A stretch of 45,590 nt of DNA, taken from NCBI GenBank assembly GCA_002269645.1, contig NIVC01004449.1, positions 1 through 45,590 on the forward strand, read 5' to 3'. Below the pieces are notes generated by a model that saw nothing but the letters and a program-made list of their open reading frames with translations, was not told where the DNA came from and made no database searches. The position numbers were made by a program, and so were the translations under genes. Positions 10,527 to 21,459 of the stretch are shown in pieces; the first letter of the stretch is position 1, and each line of letters starts with the position of its first letter. Source of the stretch: Macrostomum lignano (lineage: Eukaryota).

Positions 10527-11964
10527 TGTCACGTCTTAAAAAAATTCTGCGTTGTTTTATTCAGCTGAATAAAAATACTTTTCAGTATCCAAACTCATTC
10601 GGTTATCTTGAATTCTCTCACTGAGCAGAAACTATCTTATGCTTATGCTTATCTTATCTTATCTTATCTTATCTTAAATATTCCGACAACATTGCAAGTA
10701 GACAATAAATTATTACTACAAGGTACATTTCAACAAAAAGACAACAACAATCCAGAACTGAATGATTTGTACTCGTACACAAAATTAAATAATGCACATT
10801 ATAATATTGTAAGACTTGATGTGAAAAATAAATTAACCGCAGATAGCTAGTCTAGCTTGTCCTTGAGATAAATCCGGCACGTTTTAAAGATACGCAAAGA
10901 AATGTTGAGCATATGTTGAATTATCAAACTTCTTTGTCGTTTAAGTCCTACTTTCTAGATCTTCCATTAATTTTACATTTGCTCTAAATCACAAAGTTTC
11001 TAGTGAGTCAAGTGAAACACCTTTTTCAGTCTCTAGTTCACACCAAGTACTTTAGATGACGCCAATTAGAAAATTTACTCTTAAAATATTAGAAATTCTT
11101 GAAATCACCTGCCTGGTGGCCATTGATCGCTGTACACTTCCCTCTCGAGTCCGTACAGGTTGTTGCTTAGGACGACACGTTCGACCGTGTATACCTTGGT
11201 ACACCACGGTGTCTTCAGTTCGCCGCGTTTCAGATCGTCACGGACAAAGTTCCGCAGCAGGACCTTGTCACCGACTCTAAGGCTGAGGCTGCTGGCAGAC
11301 GCGGACTTCTGAACGTACGAGCGTGCACAAATTTTGTCCTGCCGTCCCAGTGAAATCGCTCCTGCAGCTTCGATGGGGTGGACTTAATCCCCTGATGAGC
11401 TCCTCCAGTCGCAGAGGTGTGATCTTCTTAGATCAGTTGACAGATCTCTTTGATCTTCCACCTCCAGGCGACGCTCCGTTGACCGATGGCGCTTCTTCTG
11501 ACATCACAGAACAGCTGCTGGCCCTCGTACCTGAAGTTGCGCTCCGTTTGTCGAACCTTGCTGTTGAAGTTGTTCTTCTCCTTGGTTGTTGTCAAAGACG
11601 CAAGGATGTCGTTCGTATGCGCCACTAAGCAAGTAAAGTTTTAAATCCGAATACGCGGCAGACAAACTTTATTGTACATTAATTGTAAGTTTAATGTACA
11701 ATACGTACATATACTGTCTAGATTTAGATGTACCGAAAGTCAGAGAACTTTGAAATTTTGTTAACAGACTTGCGGACAAGAATGCGCGGCTATAAAAGAT
11801 TCGGCAGTATTCATTTAGGTGATATCAGATCACGGCTTAAACTGTGATTATTGACAGGTCTTTAATCTCGTAAACCCCAGAGAGAAATCAGCCTAGCGCT
11901 TGGCATGACTTCTGGCCCCAAATAAAATAACGCATCCAAAGTTAGGATAATGGTTGCCATGACA
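10527..11964 (-). mobile_element. Ginger1-like DNA transposon, internally deleted and decayed
   Basis: Termini TGTCA (10527) and TGACA (11964) flanked by a CCGG duplication (10523-10526, 11965-11968); subterminal inverted motif TGCGTTRTTTTATT; remnants of a Gypsy-type integrase N-terminus, H2C2 finger and GPY/F domain. TGT ends with a CCGG TSD are described for Ginger1. Confidence 0.75.
11105..11625 (-). pseudogene. Ginger/Gypsy-type integrase remnant: H2C2 zinc finger joined to the GPY/F domain, DDE core absent
   Basis: KEICQLI*EDHTSATGGAHQGIKSTPSKLQERFHWDG (in-frame stop at 11428-11430), frameshifted YVQK..VCQQ, then LRVGDKVLLRNFVRDDLKRGELKTPWCTKVYTVERVV (11105-11281). Confidence 0.78.
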
Positions 11965-12469
11965 CCGGTCCTCAGCCCTGTCACAATTTGCTCTTGCCTA
12001 AACTAAAGTAAATTTGCAACAAGCCGCTGTGGTAAACAGAAGGGTTGCCTATACCTCATGAATGCAGGTGCAGAGCAGACATTGTGCAATGCAGTAAACA
12101 AGGCTGCTCTTGCCAACTCAAATTCAATTGACCGGCTTAACCGAAATTGCACGGCACACACCCTCCTGGACTGCAGTAGTAAACAGGCAAGCTGTGTAAA
12201 CATTTCTAGGAAATAGGCAGATTTCCAAGAAATAAACCGAGAGTCTGGGTTCATCAGAGTACAAAAGCGCCAATGCTATTGCAGGTTGTTGTTCTCAGAT
12301 TCTATTTTTAGCAATGACTGAGAGGGCGTATTTAAGAGGCCAAGCCAGAGCGCCGCTTCCTCCCCGCTGTCACCGACTGCCGCCAGAGCTGAGCTAACGC
12401 GAGTCCTCAGAGTGATCAAACGCATTACACACAGACTAGTAAATCCAGCTACTAATCCAGATTAGCAAC

Positions 12470-12673
12470 ATGTCTGACAAAGCTGCCAGCGACAACAAGT
12501 CCAACCAGTGCAACCCCAACAATGAGCGCTACGCGGGCCACCAGCCCGGCTACCAGGGCACCGGCACCAAGGCGGACCTGGATAACCACGCCACCCAGCT
12601 GAACCCTAACAACGAGCGCTACCAGGCTCCTGGCGGACAGCAGGAGCCGCAGCAGCAGCCGCCACCAAAGTGA
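12470..12673 (+). CDS. NQ[CL]NPNN double-repeat microprotein, paralog 3 (67 aa)
   Basis: DNKSNQCNPNNERYAGHQPGYQGTGTKADLDNHATQLNPNNERY core followed by a Q/P-rich tail. Confidence 0.8.
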   Translation: MSDKAASDNKSNQCNPNNERYAGHQPGYQGTGTKADLDNHATQLNPNNERYQAPGGQQEPQQQPPPK

Positions 12674-13454
12674 AGCTGATCGGATGCCGAGGCGTGCACG
12701 TTGAAAACTCGGAAACTATTTTAGTGAATCTGAATATTTTATTTAAAAACACTGTCTTACTTTAAATGCATTAAGCATGCTATTTTGTGTTTTTAAATAT
12801 ACCCATTATATTTAACCACTGAGGTAAAGATTTCTGTCAGCTTTATCCAAATAAACTGACAAAAAATCGTACCAATTCCTATTTCCTCTAATGTTTTTTT
12901 GTGTTTAGTTGCGCCCCAATTGGGCCGTTTTACTTTTTCTGTTGTGGGCACGACCTATTCTGAGCGTCAGAGGCCCAGTTTATTACTTTAATCTGCCTTC
13001 GCCTTGATTTATCACCTTTCTCTCTCACCGCCGACTTTTACGACCCCCTGTTTCTAAATTTAGCTTTAAGTGCCAGTCACTTCCGTCTTTGTTATTTGTT
13101 TTACTAAGCAATTGGACAATGTCGCCCTCGTCTGTCTATCTATTTATTTATCTTATCTGTTTATCTATGTATCTACTCGTATCTATCTATCGAAAAAATA
13201 TCTAAAAGAGCCAAATATCTTGCTATTATCTAAACGCACAACTACGAGTACTTATAGTAGTGACTTTTAGCAAGAAGAAATGATTAGTGCCTTTTAAAAG
13301 GGAGATTTAAAAAGCCCTAGTGTAATTAACACGGAACCAACAGTAATTAAAGCCATGCAAAAACCTCAAGTTGAGACTCATTACCCACTAATTGCTGTTA
13401 TTAATGAGAGCTGGAACAACGTGAGAAAACAAGGAGTGATTTTAAGTAGCTGAG

Positions 13455-13918
13455 GCAGCGCAGCTCCGTCAAAGGGCAGCGCAGCTCCGTCAAAGGGTAG
13501 CAGAGCTCCATCAAAGGTTAGCACAGCTCCATCAAAGGGTAGCAGAGCTCCATCAAAGGGTAGCAGAGCTCCATCAAAGGGTAGCAGAGCTCCATCAAAG
13601 GGTAGCACAGCTCCATCAAAGGGTAGCAGAGCTCCATCAAAGGGTAGCAGAGCTCCATCAAAGGGTAGCAGAGCTCCATCAAAGGTTAGCACAGCTCCAT
13701 CAAAGGGTAGCAGAGCTCCATCAAAGGGTAGCACAGCTCCATCAAAGGGTAGCAGAGCTCCATCAAAGGGTAGCACAGCTCCATCAAAGGGTAGCAGAGC
13801 TCCATCAAAGGGTAGCAGAGCTCCATCAAAGGGTAGCACAGCTCCATCAAAGGGTAGCAGAGCTCCATCAAAGGGTAGCACAGCTCCATCAAAGGGTAGC
13901 ACAGCTCCATCAAAGGGT
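13455..13918. repeat. 21-bp minisatellite (AGCTCCATCAAAGGGTAGCAG)n
   Basis: About 22 units. Confidence 0.95.
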
Positions 13919-14549
13919 CATGCTACTTACTATAAGTAGTACAGCTAGCAAAATAAACGGAACGCCAACACAGCTGCCTGCGCAGTTGAGTTATCGATGT
14001 ATTAGAAACACAATTAGCGTAACAGTAATTGTAATAATAAGGTAATAATTGTTATGCTGTGTATTCGGTGGGCTGCTGAATTTGCAGAACAGATGATGCG
14101 GATTGTTGGGGGGCTCAGGCAAAGCATTTCAACACCTATTTCGGCAGACAGACACTGGGGGGGGGGAGGCTGGAGAAAGTGGGAAACTGCAGCAAGTGGG
14201 AGCCGCCGCGCACAAGAAATTCACAACAACACGAGAACGAAGAGAAGTAGCGGCTTGGGGAAACGCACAGGTGGCCACAATAAATGGATATAAAATACGC
14301 GGGGCTCCGAGCCGCCAATTGAATTGCATTCGCTGCTACCGGGGGAGGGGGACGCGGTGCCGCCTGAACGCGCAAGATTTAAAGTTAATAGCAATACAAT
14401 AGCATCCCGACAGTCATTGTGACAGTGCAGGGACAGAATAAATAAACTGGGTTCACGGAGAGGACTAAAGACACGAGGGGACAACAGAGGCCTGGCAAAT
14501 GCACCGCTGCGAACACTGGAGGGGGGGTTCCGCATCACGAAGCAGCCGC

Positions 14550-17500
14550 TCAGTCCTCCATGGCGTCCTGAACCTCGTGCGGGTTGAGGATGCCGGGCAC
14601 GGTGCACTGCTGGGCCAGCTTGGCCTCCTGGGCCCGCCGGATCTCCTCCTGCTGCTCCTCCAGGTACAGGTCGCTCAGGTCCTCGCCGGTGAACTCGCGA
14701 ATCTGCACCAGGAAGTCGCGCAGGTGCTCGCGGAATCGCTTCTGGTCGGCGTTGAACGAGAAGCAGCCCTGGACGAACACGGCGATCTGCGGCCGCTGCA
14801 GGTGCGGGTAGGCCTCCGACAGCAGCGCGCTGAGCGACTGCAGCACGAACTCGCTGTTGCTCACGCTGGCCTGCAGCTGCGTGTGCAGCCGGTCCCGCTC
14901 GCACAGGGAAAACATCAGGCACAGCACCGAGCTCACCTGCGAACCGGGGGGGGGGGCTTGATGGCTGGGATCTGCTGGGATTGCTGGGATCTCCTGCGAT
15001 TGAGACTCCGATTTCAAGGGATCGTCAGGGATTGTAGCTTGGATTTCCAGGGATTGTGGCTGGGATCTCCGGGGAGTGTGGCTGGGATCTCCGGGGAGTG
15101 TGGCTGGGATCTCCTGGGATTGTGATTGGGATTTCCGGGGATTGTGGCTGGGATCTCCAAGAATCTCCGGGGATTGTGGCTGGGATCTCCGGGGAATGTG
15201 GCTGGGATCTCCGGGGAGTGTGGATGGGATCCTCGGGGATTGTGGCTGAGATCTCCTGGGATCTCCGAGGATTGTGGCTGGGATCTCCTGGGATCTCCGA
15301 GGATTGTGGCTGAGATCTCCTGGGATCTCTGAGGATTGTGGCTGGGATCTCGTGGGAGTGGCTGGGCTCTCCGGGGATTTTCTGGTATTGTCGGAGTGGC
15401 CGGGATCTGGCGAGTTTCTGGGAGTGGCTGGCATCTCATGAACACCAGAAGTGAAAACCCTGCGGCAGCTCACCTGAGACAGCTGGCCGGCCTGCAGCGG
15501 GTCGGTGAGCACGGAGAACAGGTGCTGCAGCAGACTCATGAAGAAGTTGGCGTGGAACTGGCCGGCAGCGGCCGGGTCCAGGCAGTCGACCTTCTGCAGC
15601 AGGCGGAGCACGATGCTGAGGCCGGTCTCGCTGACGGACCTCAAGCTGTGCCGCACGGCCCACAGCACGCTCTCCAGCACGATGCGCAGGCGGTCGGTGG
15701 GCAGGCGGATGAGGGTGGTGAAGCAGCTCTGAGTGACGGCCTCCAGAAGGGTGAACAGGTTCAGCCGGTGCTCCGGGAACTCGTGCTGGTCCTGGCTGAG
15801 CATCTCCAGGGTGCATTCGAACACGGCGTCCAGCATCGGGGGCACGTGCTGGCTGGCCTGCTCGCCCAGCTTGCTGACTATGGTGGCCAGCAGGGCCAGC
15901 ACCTCCGGCTCCCTGCGGAGTGTCATGGGGATAATCATGAATTGATGCGCTTTATTGGCTTTCTAATTTTCTATTGACTATGGCGTCATCTGAGGACAGC
16001 GGGGTCGCGTGAGGACAGATAAAGACAGCGGGATTCCTAGAAGACAGATGAAAGCGGGGTCATATCAGGACAGATAAGGACAGCGGGATTCCTAGAAGAC
16101 AGATGAAAGCGGGGTCATATCAGGACAGACAAGGACAGCAGGATTCCTAGAAGACATGAAAGCGGGGTCATATCAGGACAGATAAGGACAGCGGGATCCC
16201 TAGAAGACATGAAAGCGGGGTCATATCGGACAGATGAGGACACCCGGGGTCACTTGAGCACAGTGAGATCCCTAGAGAACAGTGGGGCCACCAAATGGAG
16301 TCCAGCAGCGCCATACCTGGCAGAGGCGACATTCCGCTGATAGTCGAGAAGCACGGCCTCGCACAGGGGCGGCACGAACTTGTCGGACACCAGGGCCGGG
16401 TCAGTGCTGCGGCCGACCCAGCAGTCGAGCAGTCGCAGCGTCTCCTTCTTGACGCCGCGCATCGCCCGGATCAGCGGCTGCTTGGCCACCAGTTCGCCGT
16501 GCGCGACCACCGCCTTGCTGATGTCCTCGCTGAGCAGTTTGTACAGGCTGAGCATGTCCATGAAGTTGCGGCCGAGCTGGCGCACGTAGGGGTGGCCGAG
16601 GCTGCGGCAGGCGCTGACGTTGGTGCGCAGCAGGACGGAGAGCTGGCGCACCGTGTCCGGCTCCTGAAGGCTTTCCACGTTCTGTGCAGCCATCTGGATG
16701 ATGCCGTCCCAGACCTGCGGCAAAGGGGGAGGTGAAACTTTAAAATTAGATTTCCAGAATGAAGAACCGGTTGCTATGGTAACATAATTAGATTTCCAGA
16801 ATGAAGAACCGGTTGCTATGGTAACAGAATTCGATTTTCAGAATAAGAAAACCGTTTCTAGGGCGAATGCTTCCAGGAAAAAAAGCGGTTGCTATGACAT
16901 CTAAGATTCCAGTGAAACAGCGGCATGGCTGAACAGTCGCACCTGGTTAGGCAGGCAGAACAGCTGCTCAATCATGATGTCCTGCTGCTGCCTGTCCGGC
17001 TGAGCCCCGATCATCATGCCCAGGGCCTCGTAGAATGTGTGCACCTGGGCCGGCTGCAGGTCGCAGATGATGGAGCTCAGGTTGCACAGAATCTCTTCAA
17101 CAAAGGGAGTCACCTCGCCGGCCTGCAGCTGCACGAACTGGCGCCGGCACTTGTTGGCGATCTTGATGAACGTGTCACAGGCCATGTCCTGGCGGGGTGG
17201 GGAGGGATTAGCTGTGGGATATAATCTATCACTGGGATTAGCTGTGGGATATAATCTATCACTGGGATTAGCTGTGGGATATAATCTATCACTGGGATTA
17301 GCTGTGGGATATAATCTATCACTGGGATTAGCTGTGGGATATAATCTATCACTGGGATTAGCTGTGGGATATAATCTACCACTGGGATTAGCTGTGGGAT
17401 ATAATCTACCACTGGGATTAGCTGTGGGATATAATCTACCACTGGGATTAGCTGTGGGATATAATCTACCACTGGGATTAGCTGTGGGATATTTTTGGGG

Positions 17501-20282
17501 ATTACCAGTGGGATAATCTTGTACTGGGACTAACAGATGAAAAATCTTGCACTGGAAAGCATTCTAACCCTAACCCTAACGATGAAGAGTCTCACCTGAA
17601 CCCCCTCGTGGGTCTCGTGCATGAACTCGAACAGCTTGTTCACGACAGTCTTGAGGAAGCGCCAGTGCGCTCGCAGGAAGCGGGGATACTGCCCGACCAC
17701 GTACATGATGTTGGCAGCCACAATTGCTTTGTTGTCCTTGCCCTGCAACAGTTTTTAAGCATATTTGTTGTAGTTTAAAATCCAGGAAAAATGCCCCGAC
17801 CGCCCAGATACATGATAGACACACTGGACTGCCATGGGTGCACCACAGCAGAACCCCAGCCCCAAGGCCTCTAATTTTAACCCAGTCTGCAGAGGGGCTC
17901 AGGGCGCTGCCTCAGGGCGCTGCCTGCCTGCCTACCTCTGTCTTGGGGTCCGGGCCTCATGGGATCGAACCGCCTGAGCCCCAAACGGGCTCAGCTGCCG
18001 CCGCCCCAAGGCCTCACCTGCTTGTGCTCGCACAGACCCAGCAGCTCCCGGATGACCACCACGATGAAGCGCCGCTCGTCGTCCTCGTTCATGGCACCTG
18101 AGATGGAGCCCACGGCCCAGCACAGGGTGCTGAGGTTCTTCCAGGACCACTCGGACCCGTCAACCTGGCGGAGCAGCTTCTCGGTGATGACGCGCTCAGT
18201 CTCCACCGGGTCCAGGTGAGTCAGGTACACCAGGGTCTCCCGCATGCTCTTGTACAGCGCCACGCTGTCCGTGTCCTTCATGAACTCGCGCACCACCTCG
18301 CCCTGCTCGTTCTCCACCACCAGCACCTCCTCGGGCTTGGCCATGCGGCTGATCATGATGCGGCGGAGGCTGGACAGCACCGGCCAGTACACCCGCCGCC
18401 TGTCCGGCCGGCCGACCTCGGGCAGGACGCTGACGAACGGGTTCTCCCGGTACAGCTCGGTGCACAGCGAGTTCCAGTACTCCAGACAGATCTTAAAGAT
18501 CTCAACCTCGTCAACCTCAGAGATCAGCACCAGGTAGGTCAGCGCGTCTGAGAAGTGGCCCTGAGGGTAATAAATGTTTTATTTGCATGAGGTTCACTTC
18601 ACATACACTCCTGCCTACTATGAGAAGGATGACTGCAGTGAAAATATAATTGCTTTAAATGAACTAGATTAAGCTGCCCTAATTAAAACCCTAATCCTAA
18701 CCCTGATCTGACGGTCCTGGCGCCTAGGGAACATGATCTCTGAGTCATTGATGCCCAGGGAACATGATCTGTGAGTCCCTGGTGCCTAGGGAAAATGATC
18801 TGTGAGTCCCTGATGCCTAGGGAACATGATCTGTGGGTCCCTGGTGCCTAGGGAACATGATCTGTGGGTCCCTGGTGCCTAGGGAACATGATCTGTGGGT
18901 CCCTGGTGCCTAGGGAACATGATCTCTGGGTCCCTGGTGCCTAGGGAACATGATCTGTGAGTCCTGGTGCCTAGGGAACATGATCTGTGAGTCCCTGATG
19001 CCTAGGGAACATGAAGCCATTGCGGGTCCCAGATGCCTAGGGAACATGAAGCCATTGCGGGTCTCAGATGCCTATGGAACATGAAGCCATTGCGGGTCTC
19101 AGATGCCTATGGAACATGAAGCCATTGCGGGTCTCAGATGCCTAGGGAACATGAAGCCATTGCGGGTCTCAGATGCCTAGGGAACATGAAGCCATTGCGG
19201 GTCCCAGATGCCTAGGGAACATGAAGCCATTGCAGGTCCCCGCCAACCTGCAGAGCGGAACTGGTCTCCACCAGAGAGGCGTGCTCCCTCAGGAAGGTGC
19301 AGTAGAAGAGGCTGAGGTTCTGGATGAAGTTCTGCTCGTCATCCCGGCCGCGCTGGTAGGCTTCCCGGATGTTGGTGCTGATGGGCAGCATCTCCTTGAG
19401 CCTCTCGGTGGTGAGGCAGAACAGCTGCACGAACTGGTCATTGTACTCGCTGGTCTGGACTCCCGCGATCTCGGTGAGGCACTTGAGCGTCACGTTGCGG
19501 AACATGGGCACGTTGAGGAACTTGTGCACCAGGGTGGCGATGAGCTTGGTCTGGAACAGGTAGCCCAGCGGGATCCAGTGCGTGAACTTCAGCAGAGTCT
19601 CCAGTGTGGCCGCCACCAGGGGCGCGTTCTGCGAATTGTCCAGCACGTGCTGGCACAGCTGGAAGATCAGGGAGAACTCGGCGCACATGTTGTCCTTGAG
19701 GTGGCGAGCCTTCACCTGGGTGAGCTGGCCAGAGTTGAATTCGAATACTTCCTCGCTGAGCAGCTTGAGGATGACCATGTTGTTCTGGCACAGCGACTCG
19801 TTCGACTTGCTGCTGCCGACGATGTCGCTGATGAAGCTGGGCCAGTTCTTCGGCCACTCGTGCTTGAGAATCTGCACCAGGATCATGTTGAGCTTGCCCA
19901 GGTACACCTTCTCGCTCTCCAGCATTTGCGGATTGGAGGAAGTCTTAATCACCAAGCCGACAATGTAGCGCTTGATGCCCTCGCACTGCTCCCTGGGCAG
20001 AACCTTCCAGCGGGTCTTGATGAGGTTCTCCAGAATCTGCAGCGCGTAATACTTGCTCTGCTGGTTGCCGCTGTACTCCAGAATTGAGTCCACCCGGGTC
20101 CAGGCGTCTGGGTGCTCCTTGAGGGTGGTGAGCACCTGCTGCGCCATCTGCTGCTGGCTGCCGGTGCTGCTGTACATGAGGGTGACAACGGAGTCCAGCA
20201 GGCCGATGTCCAGCTTGTGATTGAAGTCCAGCAGTTTGGCCACTTTTTCTTCGGAAATTGCATCCATGACTACTGGCGGCAT
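14550..20282 (-). CDS. XPO1: Exportin-1 (CRM1), 7 coding exons: 19248-20282, 18018-18560, 17596-17742, 16943-17188, 16317-16714, 15474-15912, 14550-14936; 3195 nt = 1064 aa + stop
   Basis: Recognisable CRM1 sequence throughout ([107 protein letters not shown]). All six introns are GT-AG and keep frame. The total length matches ~1070-aa CRM1 proteins. Confidence 0.97.
14965..15420. repeat. Degenerate ~22-25-bp minisatellite (GGGATTGTGGCTGGGATCTCC...) in XPO1 intron 6
   Basis: Directly visible. Confidence 0.85.
16000..16245. repeat. ~53-55-bp tandem repeat (~4 copies) in XPO1 intron 5
   Basis: CAGCGGGATTCCTAGAAGACA...AAAGCGGGGTCATATCAGGACAGA recurs. Confidence 0.85.
17204..17495. repeat. 30-bp minisatellite (GGGATTAGCTGTGGGATATAATCTAYCACT)n in XPO1 intron 3
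   Basis: About 9.5 units. Confidence 0.95.
18720..19235. repeat. Two-phase minisatellite in XPO1 intron 1: ~31-bp units (to ~19010), then 35-bp units, sharing the core TGCCTAGGGAACATGA
   Basis: Directly visible. Confidence 0.9.
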
Positions 20283-20849
20283 TTGCAGGTGTGCGCATTC
20301 ACAGCAGTGTCAGATTATTCCTGTATTATAGATTAGCAACCATGGCAGTGCCAGAGCAAGTTTAGCATTTCTATGACTAAGTTATGTATGCAGAATTTTT
20401 TGGACTATATATATGTATATAGATATGGTTATTACAGGAATGCATATTTCCTAGTAATATTGGAGCCAATGCACCATTGGAGCCCTTAATTTAATAGGTG
20501 GGAGGAGACAGAATAGGAGAAATGAATGAATGCTGCCACTGTCATAGCTTTTGTGAGAGAGTTCTTAAGTCTCTAGGGTTGGAGACTAAGCAAAAAAATT
20601 ACTCCATGTGCACATTGTATAGATGGGATAAGGCGAAAATTAGGGAAATAATATTTTCACTTACAATGCAAAGGGTCCTAAGTAAGTTCTTAAGTCCCCA
20701 GGACCAAGGAATTATAAGAAGCAGTTTTTCAGACTATATGCACATTGTATGGTTGGGATAGTGGGGGCTAAAGTTAAGACTAATGCAATCCTAGCCATTA
20801 TTTTTATATAATAAATAAGACCTAATGAGGCTAAACTATTGTTGTCACT

Positions 20850-21154
20850 CTTTATTTTATCATTACATCATAGTGAATGATTGAACTATTGCCATTGAAT
20901 GAACATTATTGAAAGTTATAAGAAGGTATATGAAATTAGTTAACTTTTTTGCTAAAATCAATTGCACACATACATATATATTGATATTGATATCACATTG
21001 ACATATTGACATATTGATACACATATATATGTACATGTGCAATTGATTTTAGCAAAAAAGTTAACTAATTTCATATACCTTCTTATAACTTTTAATAATT
21101 TTCATTCAATGGCAATAGTTCTATCATTCACTATGATATAATGATAAAATAAAG
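20850..21154. repeat. AT-rich foldback: two ~132-bp inverted arms (20850-20981, 21023-21154) with a 41-nt spacer
   Basis: Manual alignment of the arms gives about 6 mismatches; no TSD recognised. Confidence 0.9.
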
Positions 21155-21459
21155 TATATATTTTATCATTATTATCATTATCATTCACAGATAGACAACT
21201 CATTTTTAGTTTAGTTAGCTATGAATATTAATATACCTAATAGATAGGCTATAGAAAACTTAAATGACTATGAATATAGATATAGAAAGACTTTTTATAG
21301 TAAAACTACTAGCAATCTTCGCCCCCCGATGGGGGGCATCTAGATAGAATCTCTGGCTCTCTACAAGTATCAAAAAGACGGCCCACTAAAGCCTTCACAT
21401 AGACAATAGAAAAACTGCTCAAATGAAGGGCAATGCAAAAAGAAATCATCCCAGGACAG

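Noticed and set aside
11670-11703. 13-bp perfect inverted repeat (TATTGTACATTAA...TTAATGTACAATA) as a terminator or small RNA
   Set aside because: AT-rich, inside the Ginger remnant, with no independent support for function.
12020-12200. Ankyrin-like phrase CLYLMNAGAEQTLCN on the plus strand
   Set aside because: Too short, with no TPLH motif, start codon or supported splice sites.
17563-17580. Short CCCTAA tracts in XPO1 introns (also ~18685-18702)
   Set aside because: Only 2-3 units; not distinguishable from chance or slippage.
14499-20087. Plus-strand ORFs overlapping XPO1 (e.g. 19173-20087, 304 aa)
   Set aside because: Antisense shadows caused by high GC3; no recognisable domain.
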